Shown here: piece after piece, positions 1 through 10,535 of the stretch | Layout: each line of letters begins with the position of its first letter | Position numbering within the stretch: the first letter of the stretch is position 1 | Origin: Candidatus Krumholzibacteriia bacterium | GTDB lineage: Bacteria; Krumholzibacteriota; Krumholzibacteriia; Krumholzibacteriales; Krumholzibacteriaceae | Direction of reading: 5' to 3' | Assembly: GCA_963836185.1 (NCBI GenBank) | Contig: CAWIIQ010000001.1 | Span: 1,984,001 to 2,048,000 of the forward strand | DNA: 64,000 nt | Notes under the pieces: model-generated | Told to the model about the DNA's origin: nothing | Database searches by the model: none | What the model saw: the letters and a program-made list of their open reading frames with translations, nothing else | Position numbers and translations under genes: made by a program

Positions 1-1241
1 CCACGAAGATCCCTGCTCTTCTCCGAGAAGGGAGAACGAGGCATAGCCCACATAGATGCTGTCGCTGTTGTCTGCAAGGAACATGTTGTCACAGAGCCCG
101 AATGTCAGCGGAGCGAGGCTGCCCTCCACGGTAAAGGTATCGACCGCCGGAGCGACCGAATGCTGCCTCATGTGAAGGCCCATAAAACCCTTCCACATCA
201 GGCCCTTGTAGAAGAACGCACCCATGTTTGTCAGGCCGACTGGATCGTGGACGATCGGGTTGCCCGCGAGATCCTCCACGTTGGAGACGATGACGGAATA
301 GCTGGCATATGCAGGTGATATCGAGGCATCGAGCTGGATAGTCACCCTGTCGGGGAATGTCGCGTTCCTCGTCACGCTCGTGATACTCGCAGAGGTACCA
401 CTGATCGAATAGTTAGTTGTCGTCTCAGCGGTTGTCTCGTCTACAGGTTCGCTGAACTTAACGACGAGAAGATCGGTGCTGAGGTCCCCGCTCGCCTGGC
501 CCTGTTTGCCCTCGGCGTAAAAAGCGTCTACTGTCGGGGCGATATTGTCCGCCGACGACTGGATGATATACATGAACATCGAGTCGAGTTCGACAGGTGC
601 CGTACGTCCATACCGTGGGGCCGCCTGCTACGCTGAGCTGGTCATCGTCCCCCGCCATCAGGTCCAGGGGACCCTTGGTCGATCCGTCCTGTGTCGAGAT
701 CACCTCGAAGTAGATCGTATCGCCCGGAGCCAGCCCCAGGTCGCTGAGGTTGAGGCCGAACTCCTCGAATCCTGTGTTGTTGACCCAGCCAAGCGAGCCT
801 GTTCCGGCATAGACAGCCGGGTCCCAGGTTGAACCGGTGTCGTCCCAGTGCCTCAGCTCCTGCCACAAGTTGTCCAGGTTGACGTACGCGTAGAAATCCG
901 GTTTGTGAGGAGCGTTCGTCCAGGCTATCGCCCGTCCCCACGGATCGGTTGTGCCTCCAGGTTCGCCCGTCGAGATGGCGATCCCGACCTGGTTGGTCGT
1001 CCAGCTGCCCTTGTCATACTTAATACCGAAATATAAGCTTGTTCGTGTCGTTCGTCACGAAGATCGAGTCGAGGTCGAGCTCGGCGAACTCAGTATCGCC
1101 GCCGTCCGCGTCGATGAGATTACCAACGAGGAAATCGTTTGCCCCGTCGACGACGATCGTCTGCGGAGTCGCCGCCAGGACCAGTCCAGCCATGACGAGC
1201 GCCGCGAGAAACATGAATCCGAGATGTTTTCTATAATTCAT
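1..1241 (-). CDS. Secreted multidomain protein (signal peptide, DOMON/CBM9-like beta-sandwich, Big_5-type Ig domain); runs off the left edge; apparent +1 frame breaks at ~1034 and ~604
   Basis: ATG at 1241 with GGAGG upstream and signal peptide MNYRKHLGFMFLAALVMAGLVLA. Removing one base at ~1034 joins it to ORF 458..868 (KLYFGIKYDKG...LWQELRHW). Removing one at ~604 gives an open frame to the window edge with FSEPVD...VSNVEDLAGN (Ig-like motif). Confidence 0.7.
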
Positions 1242-1294
1242 CTCTTTCCGCCTCCTCCTTTCAAGAGTCCCTTGACCCTGCTGAAACTCGTCTC

Positions 1295-4200
1295 TTATCT
1301 CAATAGCACCATCTTGCGTGTCTGGAGCTGCTCACCCGTTATCATCCTGAGAAAATATATCCCCGAGGATACCGCGATCCCGTTCTCGCTCATCCCGTCC
1401 CAGGTCACTTCCGCCGGACCGGCCGGCATCGAACTGTCGACCAGTCTCTTTACCAGGCTGCCGCGGACATCGTAGATGTTTATCACTACCCTCGCGCTTG
1501 TCGAGCCGCTCCCCTCTGCCCTGCCCGGCACGTCGAATCTTATCACAGTCGAAGGGTTGAACGGGTTGGGGAAATTCTGGTAGAGACGGGCAGGGTACTT
1601 GACGGTCCTGCCGTCATCCCCGGTGGTCGAACCGCGGATCATGAAGGTGCTGCCCGGAATTATCTCGTTCCTGTAGCACGAAACATCCGTCACGCCGCTG
1701 ACTGAGACAGAGTATCCGTAATCGATATCGTACCCCAGTGCGAGCTGGACGGTCTTGCCGTCGGGCTGGAGTGTCGCGGAAAGTACCGGCACCGTGTTGG
1801 ACGGGACCGATGGTCTGGTAGACAGTGTAGTTGGCGACATTCTCCGCGCCCTGTCTCCTCGACTTCCTCACTGAACAGTACGTTCACAAGGCTGTCGGCG
1901 GCAGCGTCCCTGCTCGCATATTCGATGAGTCGGGGATACGAGATCGTCCGCCTCGTCGGGAACGCCGTCGCTGTTGCCGTCGACCGTGAATGTATACACA
2001 TTATCGATCGTCGGAAGAAGGGCCGATATATTGTTTGGCGCCGAATCCCCGCCGAGCTCGCCGTCAGGCTCGGGATCCCAGCAGATCGAGGCCACTATCG
2101 ATATCGAGGCGCCGGCCGGTACGGTGTTGTGCCCGAGTCCGAAGAGGATATCCCACGGGATAGCCAGCTCGCTCCCGCCGAGGTCCCCGTTGATGTGCTG
2201 CGAATCGAAATCTGAGAATATCGAATCAGACAGCGATGCCGTGGTCGTGGCGCTCTCTATCCTCTCGAACGAGTCCCCGTCGTACTGACCCTGGTGCTGG
2301 TAGCAGCCGTACTGGAAGTCGGCCCTGAAACCGGAGGCTGTGAAGGCCGCGCCCCTCTCCCAGCTGTCGATCGCCGTAAGGTCGGTCTGGCCGTTCGGGC
2401 CGCCCGGATCGGTGTCGAAGTAGATCAGCCAGCTGTTGCCGGTGACTACACCGTCGAGTGCCACGTAGAGGTATGTCGAATCCCACGTGACATAGAGTGC
2501 GTCGATCTCGTTCGCCGCGGTCCACTCCGAGTCGTTCGAATCGGCGACGGCCATGCGGCATTCGTTCCATTCATCAGTATCGATAAAGCCGTCGATCGTC
2601 ACCATGGTCTCGGGTCCGTAATAGACGGGGATGTCATCCACGCTGGTAATCGCGTTGTTAGGATTACCGTTCATATCGAATGCCGTGGAGGATGCCATCA
2701 TCAGCTCCATCGCACCGGTATCGAGCGCCTCCAGGGCGGCAGCGTCCGGGGAGGTCAACTGCAGCGTCAGCTGGAAAGAGCTCAGAAGTCTCGATGACCG
2801 TCAGTCCCCGACGAAAGGGTCAGCTCGGGGATACCGTCATCGTCATCATCGATCGAGACACCAGTCACGACGAACGTCGAATGATCGGTCACCTGGTTGA
2901 ACTCTAGCTTGAGCTTGTCAGAACCCGGGAAGTATGTCGCGGATAACGGAGCGGGGCCGATCGTATCGGCCAGTCCCGCAAGGGCACGCAACTCGGCTAT
3001 CTCGCCGGTGCCGTCCGGCGCGCTTGTCGTTCCCGCGTAGAAAAGGAATTCGAAGACTCCGCTGCCGTAGAACTCGTCGCCCTTCATGATCCTGCCGGAG
3101 AAATCGAAGTTGTGCGATGTCCCCGCCTGTCCGGCGATGATCGCGGCGGTAGCGCCATTGTTCGGGTTGCGCTGGCCGTAGTAGGCTGTGTCACTTACCC
3201 AGACGCGGTCCATCTGCGCGTTCCAGAGCAGATCAACAAGCCCCGGGGAGTATCCGTTCTTGATATACTGCGTCGTGCGTCCGACCTCGTAAATAACGTC
3301 AAGGTAAGGCTGTCCGGCTGTCAGCTTGACCAGCTTGCGAACTCCCTGGTGGGTCATCTCGACCTCGACGGTCGTGCCTGTAGGCTGGATGATCGTCATG
3401 TCGTACTGGTTGTGCTGGTAGTCGGGTCCGACGTCGCTGAGCAGGCCGACATGGTTGACGTCGTTGTAGTCGCCCTCCGTTCCGGCCCAGTACGCGACGT
3501 CCACACCGATGACGGAAAAGTCGTAGCCGGGACCCTTGGCGAATAGGTTCGTCGCCCGGCCGCCCGTACCCTCGAATACGGCGAAGAGGCGGTCGTTGTG
3601 CATGACGAGCTCGTTCCATCCGTCGTTGTCCATGTCGGCGAAGTACGCTCCCGTAGTGGCGGCATACTCGCCGTTCGCCCAGTGCGCCGCCTCGGCGTAC
3701 ATGTTCGTGTTCTTGATATGGCCCGAATAGAGGAGCTGCCAGCCGCTTATATCCCCGCCGAGGCCGTCGTGCCAGCCGGTCTCATGGAGGTTCATCATCA
3801 GCGTGTACCAGCCGCCCTGCGAGATGTTGTTGTCAGGTGCGGACAGGAGGGCGTTGTACGCGTCGTTCCATATCGTTCCGTGGTCCTTGCAGTTGCCTCC
3901 GCGGCCCGCGTCGCAGAGCCCGCTGCCGTCGCCGCCGGAGGAATACGGGATATACCCCGCGTAGTGTGTGTACCAGCCGTTGTTCCCGCCGCCGTACCCG
4001 GCGGTCCCGCCGATCTCGGTATATGTGCCGTATGTGACGTTGAATGATGAACTGCCGTTGAAGTTCGGGTTGGTCACCGCGTCGGCGACTTTCCATACCG
4101 AGATCCAGGCGCTTTCCTCTGAGCATTTGCCTATGAACCAGTCGTAGGTCTCCTTGGCGTTCGGGGTCGAGGTCGCCCAGCTCCCCATCTCGGCGGCAGC

Positions 4201-5584
4201 TTCCCAGTCCTCGGCGTACAGGGCGATGCGGTAGTCCCCAAACCCAGAGTTGTGAAGGTCGGTCAGTATCTGCAGGGCCGCCGCACCGTTTCCGCCGACG
4301 ATGTTCCCGGTGAAGCTGCGGTCCCGCGGGATGACCTTCAAGGTGCTCCCGCTGAACTGGTGTATCTGGTGATTATCGTAGCCCTGGCAGTGAACATCGT
4401 CATCGAGGATGACTGCCCAGATGCCATGACTCTCCCAGTTGTCGATCAGGTTGTCGATCACCCCCGCATCGGGATAGGCGCCCGGATCGAGCCATACCCT
4501 CTCCGGAACCCATGCGACGCGCGGGTAATATCCGTATCTCGTATTGGTCATCTGAGTCTGGACATTGACGGCCCAGTCGTTCATCGAGTTATGAACGAAC
4601 GGCATCATGTGCTGGCCCCATGCCGAGCTGACCATCCCGGCCCAGCCAGCCGTGACGCCCGAGGCGAGCCACGCGTTGAAATCGCCGGGATCGCCGTTGT
4701 TCGCGTCCCACTCGGCCGAGGTCTGAAGCGGTCCGCAGAGATGGAAGTTTCCGGGGATCGATGTCGCCTCGTGGACCTGGAGCTGCCTCGTCGAAACCGC
4801 TGCCCTCGGGATCGTCGTACCTGCCCCAGAAGACATCGCTGTATGCGAGCCCCTGGTTCCCGTGATGGACGAAAGCGCAGTTGGCGCCTGGCGACAGCGG
4901 AGACATCGAGTCGGCGGAGAGCCTGTCGACCACCTTCCCGCCTGATACCGAGATCACCTCGAATGTGACCGGAGTCCCTGACGGGGCCGACGGCAATTTC
5001 GATGCTCGCAACGCGGCGTCAGAGAACGACCGCGAGACAGCGACCGCTCCCTCGAGATACTCCCCCTTGTGATTTACCAGCGCCCTGGTGAGAACCGGGG
5101 CAGGGCCTGCCAGATCAGTGGCGAACGACAACGCCCTTGAAGCTGTGTCCTTTGAAAGGGGAGAGAGGACGACCGCCTCGTCCCAGTCTATCGACGCGGA
5201 ACCTGGAAGTCCCGCCGGAAGGGTGGATCCTCCACCGTCCTGGTAATCTATCAGGACGATGATCCCGGGCTCATCCCTGCTGAAGAGGTCCACTCCGCCG
5301 GCAGGATCTATCATGCGCGCCATGCTGACCCTGAAGACGAGCTCCTCTCCCGCCTCGTGGAAATAGAAGGCGAGGATATCGGCTCCTTCGGATCCCGAGG
5401 GTACGTCGAGGACGTCGTCCACTGCCCTGACGTGATCACGCCCCCAGCTGAACAGTGGCAGGCCCTCGGAACTGCCGAGCAGATCGACAGTGGCCGGGTT
5501 CCGTGCTGCGGGTGCCGGACCGGAGAGCAGAAAGAGTATTACTGGTACAGCGAGAAGACAGGTGATAGGTGACCTGGGACTCAT
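1295..5584 (-). CDS. Secreted multidomain glycoside hydrolase family 57 (amylopullulanase-like) with sugar-binding/Ig domains and FlgD/T9SS-type C-terminal domain; ~1427 aa after repairing six +1 frame breaks
   Basis: Joins ORFs 4589..5584, 2782..4836, 1868..2758, 1690..2001, 1614..1871 and 1295..1840. It has a signal peptide, GH57-like regions FVHHGNQ, AWVPERVW (nucleophile Glu) and LYAEDWE (acid/base Asp), and ends QNFPNPFNPST...WDG...SSGIYFLR...RKMVLLR. 4290 nt minus 6 is divisible by 3. Confidence 0.75.
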
Positions 5585-5750
5585 CGTTCCTCCAGACAGG
5601 CTCTGCCGGGCCCGGCGCTCAGCTTCGCTTCGGGCACGTCGATGTCAAAAAGGCGGTCCGGATGCAGGATAGTCCACCGGAAGCTGCAAGCCGCCGGCAA
5701 CACTTCCGGCCGCCTCAAAAACTCGCATCAAAACGTGTTAAAAACAGAAA

Positions 5751-5791
5751 AGGGGATATCTTCAGCCGGTAATTGACAGAAGATATCCCCT
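5751..5791 (-). terminator. Intrinsic terminator after the CBM20 protein gene
   Basis: 13-bp inverted repeat AGGGGATATCTTC/GAAGATATCCCCT followed on the minus strand by a T-rich tract. Confidence 0.85.
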
Positions 5792-5808
5792 CGACGATCA
5801 GTGTGACC

Positions 5809-6657
5809 CTAGTTATGGATCTTCTTGATCGCACCCCATGTCGACTCTTCTGTGCCTATTCCGCACAGAGGACAGTCGTCCCCTACGTAATTGTTCCAGT
5901 GGTCAACCCACGGAATAATGTAGACAGGACCGGAATCGTCGATGGTGACCATTCTGTTACCACCCGGCTCCCAGTCAACACAGTCATGAATCTTGTACTT
6001 CCACTCGATAGCAGGATTGCCGCCTGAAGCAAAGAGAATACCGACCTCGTAATAGAGCGGGCTGGCTCCCAGACAGGGCTGAACCATGGGAACACCGGCG
6101 CCCCAGGCTGTCAGCTCAGCAGCACTTCCTACTACACACACGCCGCCGGGAGCGGGGTCATAGCTCTCGTCTCCCTCCGGGGGCAGGCAGATTCGGAAAT
6201 ATACCATCACGTCCTGGCCGAGGGCCGCGGTGATGTTGAGCTTGAACGGAGGATCGTTGCTGTTCTGGTCCTGGGCACTGGCGGTCGAGCCGTCGGTCCC
6301 GTCATAGACTTCGCAGTAGAACCAGATCTCCGAGTTGCCCTCGAGAGCGGCAGCGGGGATATCTCCCTTGTACTCGTCATTGTTTCCTACGTCACCCCAG
6401 TAGCCCATCGCTACTTCAGTGTAAGGGCCGCCGAACGGGCCATAGAAAAGACTCGCGGAGAGTGAGTCACCCTGTCCCTCGGCGTCGGTGAAGCCTTCCT
6501 TCCAGATCTGGACGTAGACTCCGACGTCAGCGCCCTCGGTCACGGTATAATCGTGAGTGGGCCATACGTTCCCGGACCAGCCGACTGCCGCCATGGAGGC
6601 ACCTGAAAGGGCCATCAAGACTGTAGCGGCTACGATGCACGTTAGCACCTTTTTCAT
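5809..6657 (-). CDS. Secreted non-catalytic starch-binding protein (amylopullulanase-type accessory domain + CBM20) with C-terminal TWGxIK tail
   Basis: Signal peptide, VYVQIWKEGFTD..GQGD...YGP...GDVGNNDEY module, CBM20 motifs VVGSAAELTAW, IEWKY and WEPGGNR. Ends GTEESTWGAIKKIHN. AAGGAGG RBS. Confidence 0.75.
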   Translation of the reverse strand: MKKVLTCIVAATVLMALSGASMAAVGWSGNVWPTHDYTVTEGADVGVYVQIWKEGFTDAEGQGDSLSASLFYGPFGGPYTEVAMGYWGDVGNNDEYKGDIPAAALEGNSEIWFYCEVYDGTDGSTASAQDQNSNDPPFKLNITAALGQDVMVYFRICLPPEGDESYDPAPGGVCVVGSAAELTAWGAGVPMVQPCLGASPLYYEVGILFASGGNPAIEWKYKIHDCVDWEPGGNRMVTIDDSGPVYIIPWVDHWNNYVGDDCPLCGIGTEESTWGAIKKIHN

Positions 6658-6730
6658 ATTGTCCTCCTTCGGCAGATGCCGATAAGACTAACAACTGAAA
6701 GTGAATTTATTAAATGCACTGCTCCGAAAA

Positions 6731-6751
6731 CCCTCATGAAATTTCAGAGGG
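6731..6751. promoter_or_regulatory. Palindrome (candidate operator or 5' mRNA hairpin) just downstream of the promoter of the alpha-glucan locus
   Basis: CCCTCATGAAATTTCAGAGGG, a near-perfect dyad with core TGAAATTTCA. Confidence 0.45.
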
Positions 6752-6767
6752 AATTCAGTCAAGCCAT

Positions 6768-6796
6768 ATTGTACCATAAAGTTGCGCAAAAGTCAA
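6768..6796 (-). promoter_or_regulatory. Sigma-70 promoter
   Basis: Minus strand TTGACT-N17-TACAAT with extended TG. Confidence 0.75.
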
Positions 6797-6949
6797 TTGG
6801 AAAGAATCATTCTTGATTAGCATGCATCATAGCTGATCTGTTCTTTTGATGGAATTGAGGGCCCGTTCGGCTGTAAAATCAAATATGGACCCCGTCAATC
6901 ACTTATAGCAGTGTCAGTTCCACATTCTCTCTGACAATGGAGGAATACT

Positions 6950-8164
6950 ATGAAGACCTTCCCGCGAACCGCCTTGCTGCTTCTCCTGGTTATCTCCACC
7001 CTCTCGATCCTCTTTTCCTGCGCTGAGACAGAAACTGAGACCGTCCCCTGGAGCACCGGCTCCCTTACCGCTGGGTATAACACATTCGGTATAGGACTCT
7101 TCTTGAGCGAGGTATCAGGCGGCAACGGCGAGAACGTCTTCGTCTCCCCTGTCAGCGTCGCCCTCTGCCTCGGCATGGCATACAACGGTGCATCCGGATC
7201 GACGGCATCAGAGATGGCTCTACTGCTCGGCGCCGGGGGGATCACCGTTGAGGGATTCAACTCCGCTAATGAAACTCTCATCAAAGGGCTCTCGGATACG
7301 GGCACCGGCATCACACTTTCGATCGCCAACTCGCTATGGCTGAAGGATGGGTTCCCCTTCAGGAAGGAATTCGTCAAACGGAATGAAAAATCTTTCGGCG
7401 CCGGCGTGTTTCAACTCAATACGGAGAAGGAGATCAACGACTGGGTGAAGAAAAGGACCGAACAGATGATCCCGTCGATCATCGATTCAGTCGATCCCGC
7501 TGATATCGCGATCCTCGTGAACGCGATCTTCTTCAAGGGTGAATGGACCGTCGAATTTGACGAGGATAATACCCGGGACAAACCTTTCCATTCGCCGAAG
7601 GGTGAGAAGACTGTTCCCATGATGAAGCGTACGGGAGATCTCATCTGTCACGGCAACGAACTCTTCCAGGCAGTCAGGCTTCCGTACGGGAAGGACGGCG
7701 GGACCTCGATGCTTGTCCTCCTCCCCGCCGCCGGGACCACACTGTCCAGCCTGGTCGAGAAACTGACTCTCGAAAGCTGGGCGACATGGACATCCGCGCT
7801 GACAAAACGCGAGGGCACTATCGAAATGCCGCGCTTCAGGGCGGAATACTTCTCGCAGCTCAACGGGACACTCTCCGGTATGGGGATGAAAGAGGCGTTC
7901 AAGCGCAGCGCCGACTTCAGCAACCTCTGCGAATGCGCGCCCGGGGACGTCTATATAAGCGACGTGCTGCACAAGGCTGTCATAGAGGTCAACGAGAAAG
8001 GAACGGAAGCTGCAGCGGCGACGTCGATCACGATGAGGCTCACATCAGCGATGCCGACAGAGGATCCCTTCCACATGATCGTGGACAGGCCGTTCTTGAT
8101 CGCTATCGTCGACGACGATACTGGACTGATACTGTTCATGGGCGGGATAAACGATCCGGAATAA
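6950..8164 (+). CDS. Serpin (serine protease inhibitor), probable lipoprotein
   Basis: NVFVSPVS, NAIFFKGEW, hinge EKGTEAAAAT and DRPFL serpin signature. Lipobox-like ILFSC. GGAGG RBS. Confidence 0.95.
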   Translation: MKTFPRTALLLLLVISTLSILFSCAETETETVPWSTGSLTAGYNTFGIGLFLSEVSGGNGENVFVSPVSVALCLGMAYNGASGSTASEMALLLGAGGITVEGFNSANETLIKGLSDTGTGITLSIANSLWLKDGFPFRKEFVKRNEKSFGAGVFQLNTEKEINDWVKKRTEQMIPSIIDSVDPADIAILVNAIFFKGEWTVEFDEDNTRDKPFHSPKGEKTVPMMKRTGDLICHGNELFQAVRLPYGKDGGTSMLVLLPAAGTTLSSLVEKLTLESWATWTSALTKREGTIEMPRFRAEYFSQLNGTLSGMGMKEAFKRSADFSNLCECAPGDVYISDVLHKAVIEVNEKGTEAAAATSITMRLTSAMPTEDPFHMIVDRPFLIAIVDDDTGLILFMGGINDPE

Positions 8165-8170
8165 GGGGCG

Positions 8171-9175
8171 CTACTCGTCCTCGGACTTCTCCGCCTCGAT
8201 AACGGCGGTATAGAGCTCTCGCATCAGCTCGTCGAGGCCCATACGCGCCAGGGCCGAGATGACATGCATCCTCTCTTCACCCTCAGGGCTGAATTCCACA
8301 TCATCCCTGCCTCCCGGGAGCAGGTCGACCTTGTTGAGGGCGACGAAGCGCGGCCTCTCGAGGAGAGCCGCGCTGTACTGCCCCAGCTCCGAGAGAAGCT
8401 GGCGGTACGCTTCATCGGCCGAAGCCTCGTGGGAAGCGGTATCGAGTATGAAACAGAGCACCCTGCACCTCTCGACGTGGCGGAGGAACTCGAGGCCAAG
8501 ACCCTTCCCCTCGTGCGCTCCCTCTATCAGGCCGGGGATGTCTACCATGCAGAAGGAGGCCATCTCGTCTATCTTCACGATGCCGAGGTTCGGCGAGGTG
8601 GTCGAGAAGGGATACTCCGCCACGACAGGGTTCGCCTCGCTCACCGAGCGAAGCAGCGTCGACTTGCCGGCGTTTGGAAGGCCGACCAGCCCGACATCGG
8701 CGATCAGCTTGAGCGTCAACCTGAGGTTTCTCTCATCGCCCGGAGCGCCCGGTATCGCCCTCAGCGGCGCCTGGTCGGTCGCGGTCCTGAAGTGCCAGTT
8801 ACCCTGCCCGCCCCTTCCGCCGGTGACAATCGTTATCTCGTCATGATCCCCTGTAAGGTCGGCTATCATCTCGCCCGTGTCTTTGTCCTCGACCAGTGTT
8901 CCGGGCGGGACCTTGATGATCACAGGCGGGGAGCTCTTTCCTGTCTTCCGGGCGCCCTCTCCCGGCCTGCCGTTCTTCGCCACGTATTCACGCCTGTACC
9001 TCAGGTCGAGCAGCGTCCTCATCTGCGGCTGCACCCTGATTATGACATCGCCGCCCCTGCCGCCGTCCCCGCCGTCGGGGCCTCCGCGGGGCACGAACTT
9101 CTCCCTGCGGAAGGATACGCATCCGTTTCCCCCGTTACCAGACCTGACCCTGAGCTCCACCCTGTCAATGAACAT
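8171..9175 (-). CDS. obgE: GTPase ObgE/CgtA
   Basis: Gly-rich N-terminus FRREKFVPRGGPDGGDGG, plus GLPNAGKS, DIPG and NKVD motifs. Confidence 0.97.
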   Translation of the reverse strand: MFIDRVELRVRSGNGGNGCVSFRREKFVPRGGPDGGDGGRGGDVIIRVQPQMRTLLDLRYRREYVAKNGRPGEGARKTGKSSPPVIIKVPPGTLVEDKDTGEMIADLTGDHDEITIVTGGRGGQGNWHFRTATDQAPLRAIPGAPGDERNLRLTLKLIADVGLVGLPNAGKSTLLRSVSEANPVVAEYPFSTTSPNLGIVKIDEMASFCMVDIPGLIEGAHEGKGLGLEFLRHVERCRVLCFILDTASHEASADEAYRQLLSELGQYSAALLERPRFVALNKVDLLPGGRDDVEFSPEGEERMHVISALARMGLDELMRELYTAVIEAEKSEDE

Positions 9176-10535
9176 CGATCTGCTCCTCCCGGTCGAAATA
9201 CTTGCCGGGATTGAATATATTGTCCGGATCCATCGCCTTCATTATCCGGTACTGAAGCTCGAGCTCGGCCGGCGAACAGACCATGCCGAGGAATTCCTTC
9301 TTCGTCATCCCGATCCCGTGCTCTCCACTGAGCGTCCCGCCCATCCCGGCGACGTGGCTGAAGAGGCGCTCGACAAATACCATCGCCCTCTCCATCTCCT
9401 CAGTGCGGCGCCTGTCGGTCATGATATTGACATGCAGGTTTCCGTCCCCGCAGTGTCCGAAGACATAGCAGTCGAGACTGAGATCCGTTGCCATGTCGTG
9501 TATCCAGGAGACCGCTTCTCCCAGCCTGCCAAGGGGAAGCGAGACATCTTCATTGACCTTGGTGATCCCCATTCGCGCCAGGCTCGGGCTCACCGACCTT
9601 CGCAGCTCCCAGAGGATCTCCCTCTCCTCATCGTCACGGGCCGTCAGCATTTCGAGACCCTTTTCCACGCAGAAGGAAGAGAGAAGGGCATACTGCACCT
9701 CCACCTCTTCAGGAGAGCCGTCCATCTCGAAAAAGAGATAACTGCTCCCGTCGACCGTTCCGGAGAGCTCCCTGTACTCGCTCACACATCGCATCGTCTT
9801 CGAGTCTATGAACTCGAGCACGCTCGGCGTGAACCCTGTCGCGAGAAGCGTGGAGGCCATGTTCATCGCCTCACCGTCGTCACCGGTAGCCACGAGCGCG
9901 GTCCTGAACGACTCAGGCCTCGGCAGCACCCGCATAGTAGCGGAATATATCGCCCCGAGAGTCCCCTCGGCCCCTATGAGAAGTGCGCCGGGGCCGCTCG
10001 GCTCCGATTCTATGATATCTCCATCAGCATCGATCCAGACCATCGACTTTACGTAACGTCTAGTCACACCGTACTTGTAAGCCCTCGGGCCGCCTGCGTT
10101 CTCCGCGATGTTGCCGCCGATCGTGGATACCCTGAAACTCGCCGGGTCAGGGGGATAGAACAATCCGTGCCCGCCGAGATACTCCTGGAGATCGTTGTTG
10201 ACGATCCCTGATTCGACCGTCACGGTACACGCCGAGGTGTCGAGGCCGAGCACCCGGTTCATCTTCTCTGTCGAGACGACGATCCCTCCGGCGGGGACCG
10301 AGCCCCCTGAGAAGCCGGTGCCGGCCCCTCTCATGAAAAGAGGCATGCCAGAGCGGCGCGCCTCGATCACTGTCTTCCTGAGATCATCGAGAGACTGCGG
10401 GAAGACGACGGCATCACACCGTCCCCGCCTGCCGGTGGCATCGAAACCGTACGAAACTGTATAGCGGGCCTCTCTACGGAAAGGAATACCCTGCAGCCTG
10501 TTACCTAATTCTTTTATTCTGCTTTCGAGCTCCAT
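9165..10535 (-). CDS. FAD-linked oxidoreductase, GlcD/D-lactate dehydrogenase family
   Basis: RGAGTGFSGG, YPPDPAS, IGGNIAENAGG, GHCGDGNLH and GEHGIG motifs. Confidence 0.9.
   Translation of the reverse strand: MELESRIKELGNRLQGIPFRREARYTVSYGFDATGRRGRCDAVVFPQSLDDLRKTVIEARRSGMPLFMRGAGTGFSGGSVPAGGIVVSTEKMNRVLGLDTSACTVTVESGIVNNDLQEYLGGHGLFYPPDPASFRVSTIGGNIAENAGGPRAYKYGVTRRYVKSMVWIDADGDIIESEPSGPGALLIGAEGTLGAIYSATMRVLPRPESFRTALVATGDDGEAMNMASTLLATGFTPSVLEFIDSKTMRCVSEYRELSGTVDGSSYLFFEMDGSPEEVEVQYALLSSFCVEKGLEMLTARDDEEREILWELRRSVSPSLARMGITKVNEDVSLPLGRLGEAVSWIHDMATDLSLDCYVFGHCGDGNLHVNIMTDRRRTEEMERAMVFVERLFSHVAGMGGTLSGEHGIGMTKKEFLGMVCSPAELELQYRIMKAMDPDNIFNPGKYFDREEQIDVH

Noticed and set aside
1-5584. 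Pseudogene decay of the carbohydrate genes
   Set aside because: No in-frame nonsense codons remain after single-base repairs, catalytic motifs are intact, and the same lesion type occurs in dnaE.
8877-10211. Long plus-strand ORFs (this one, 39986..41080, 62176..63300 and others)
   Set aside because: These are antisense shadows of well-supported minus-strand genes, expected in GC-rich DNA, with no recognisable motifs.
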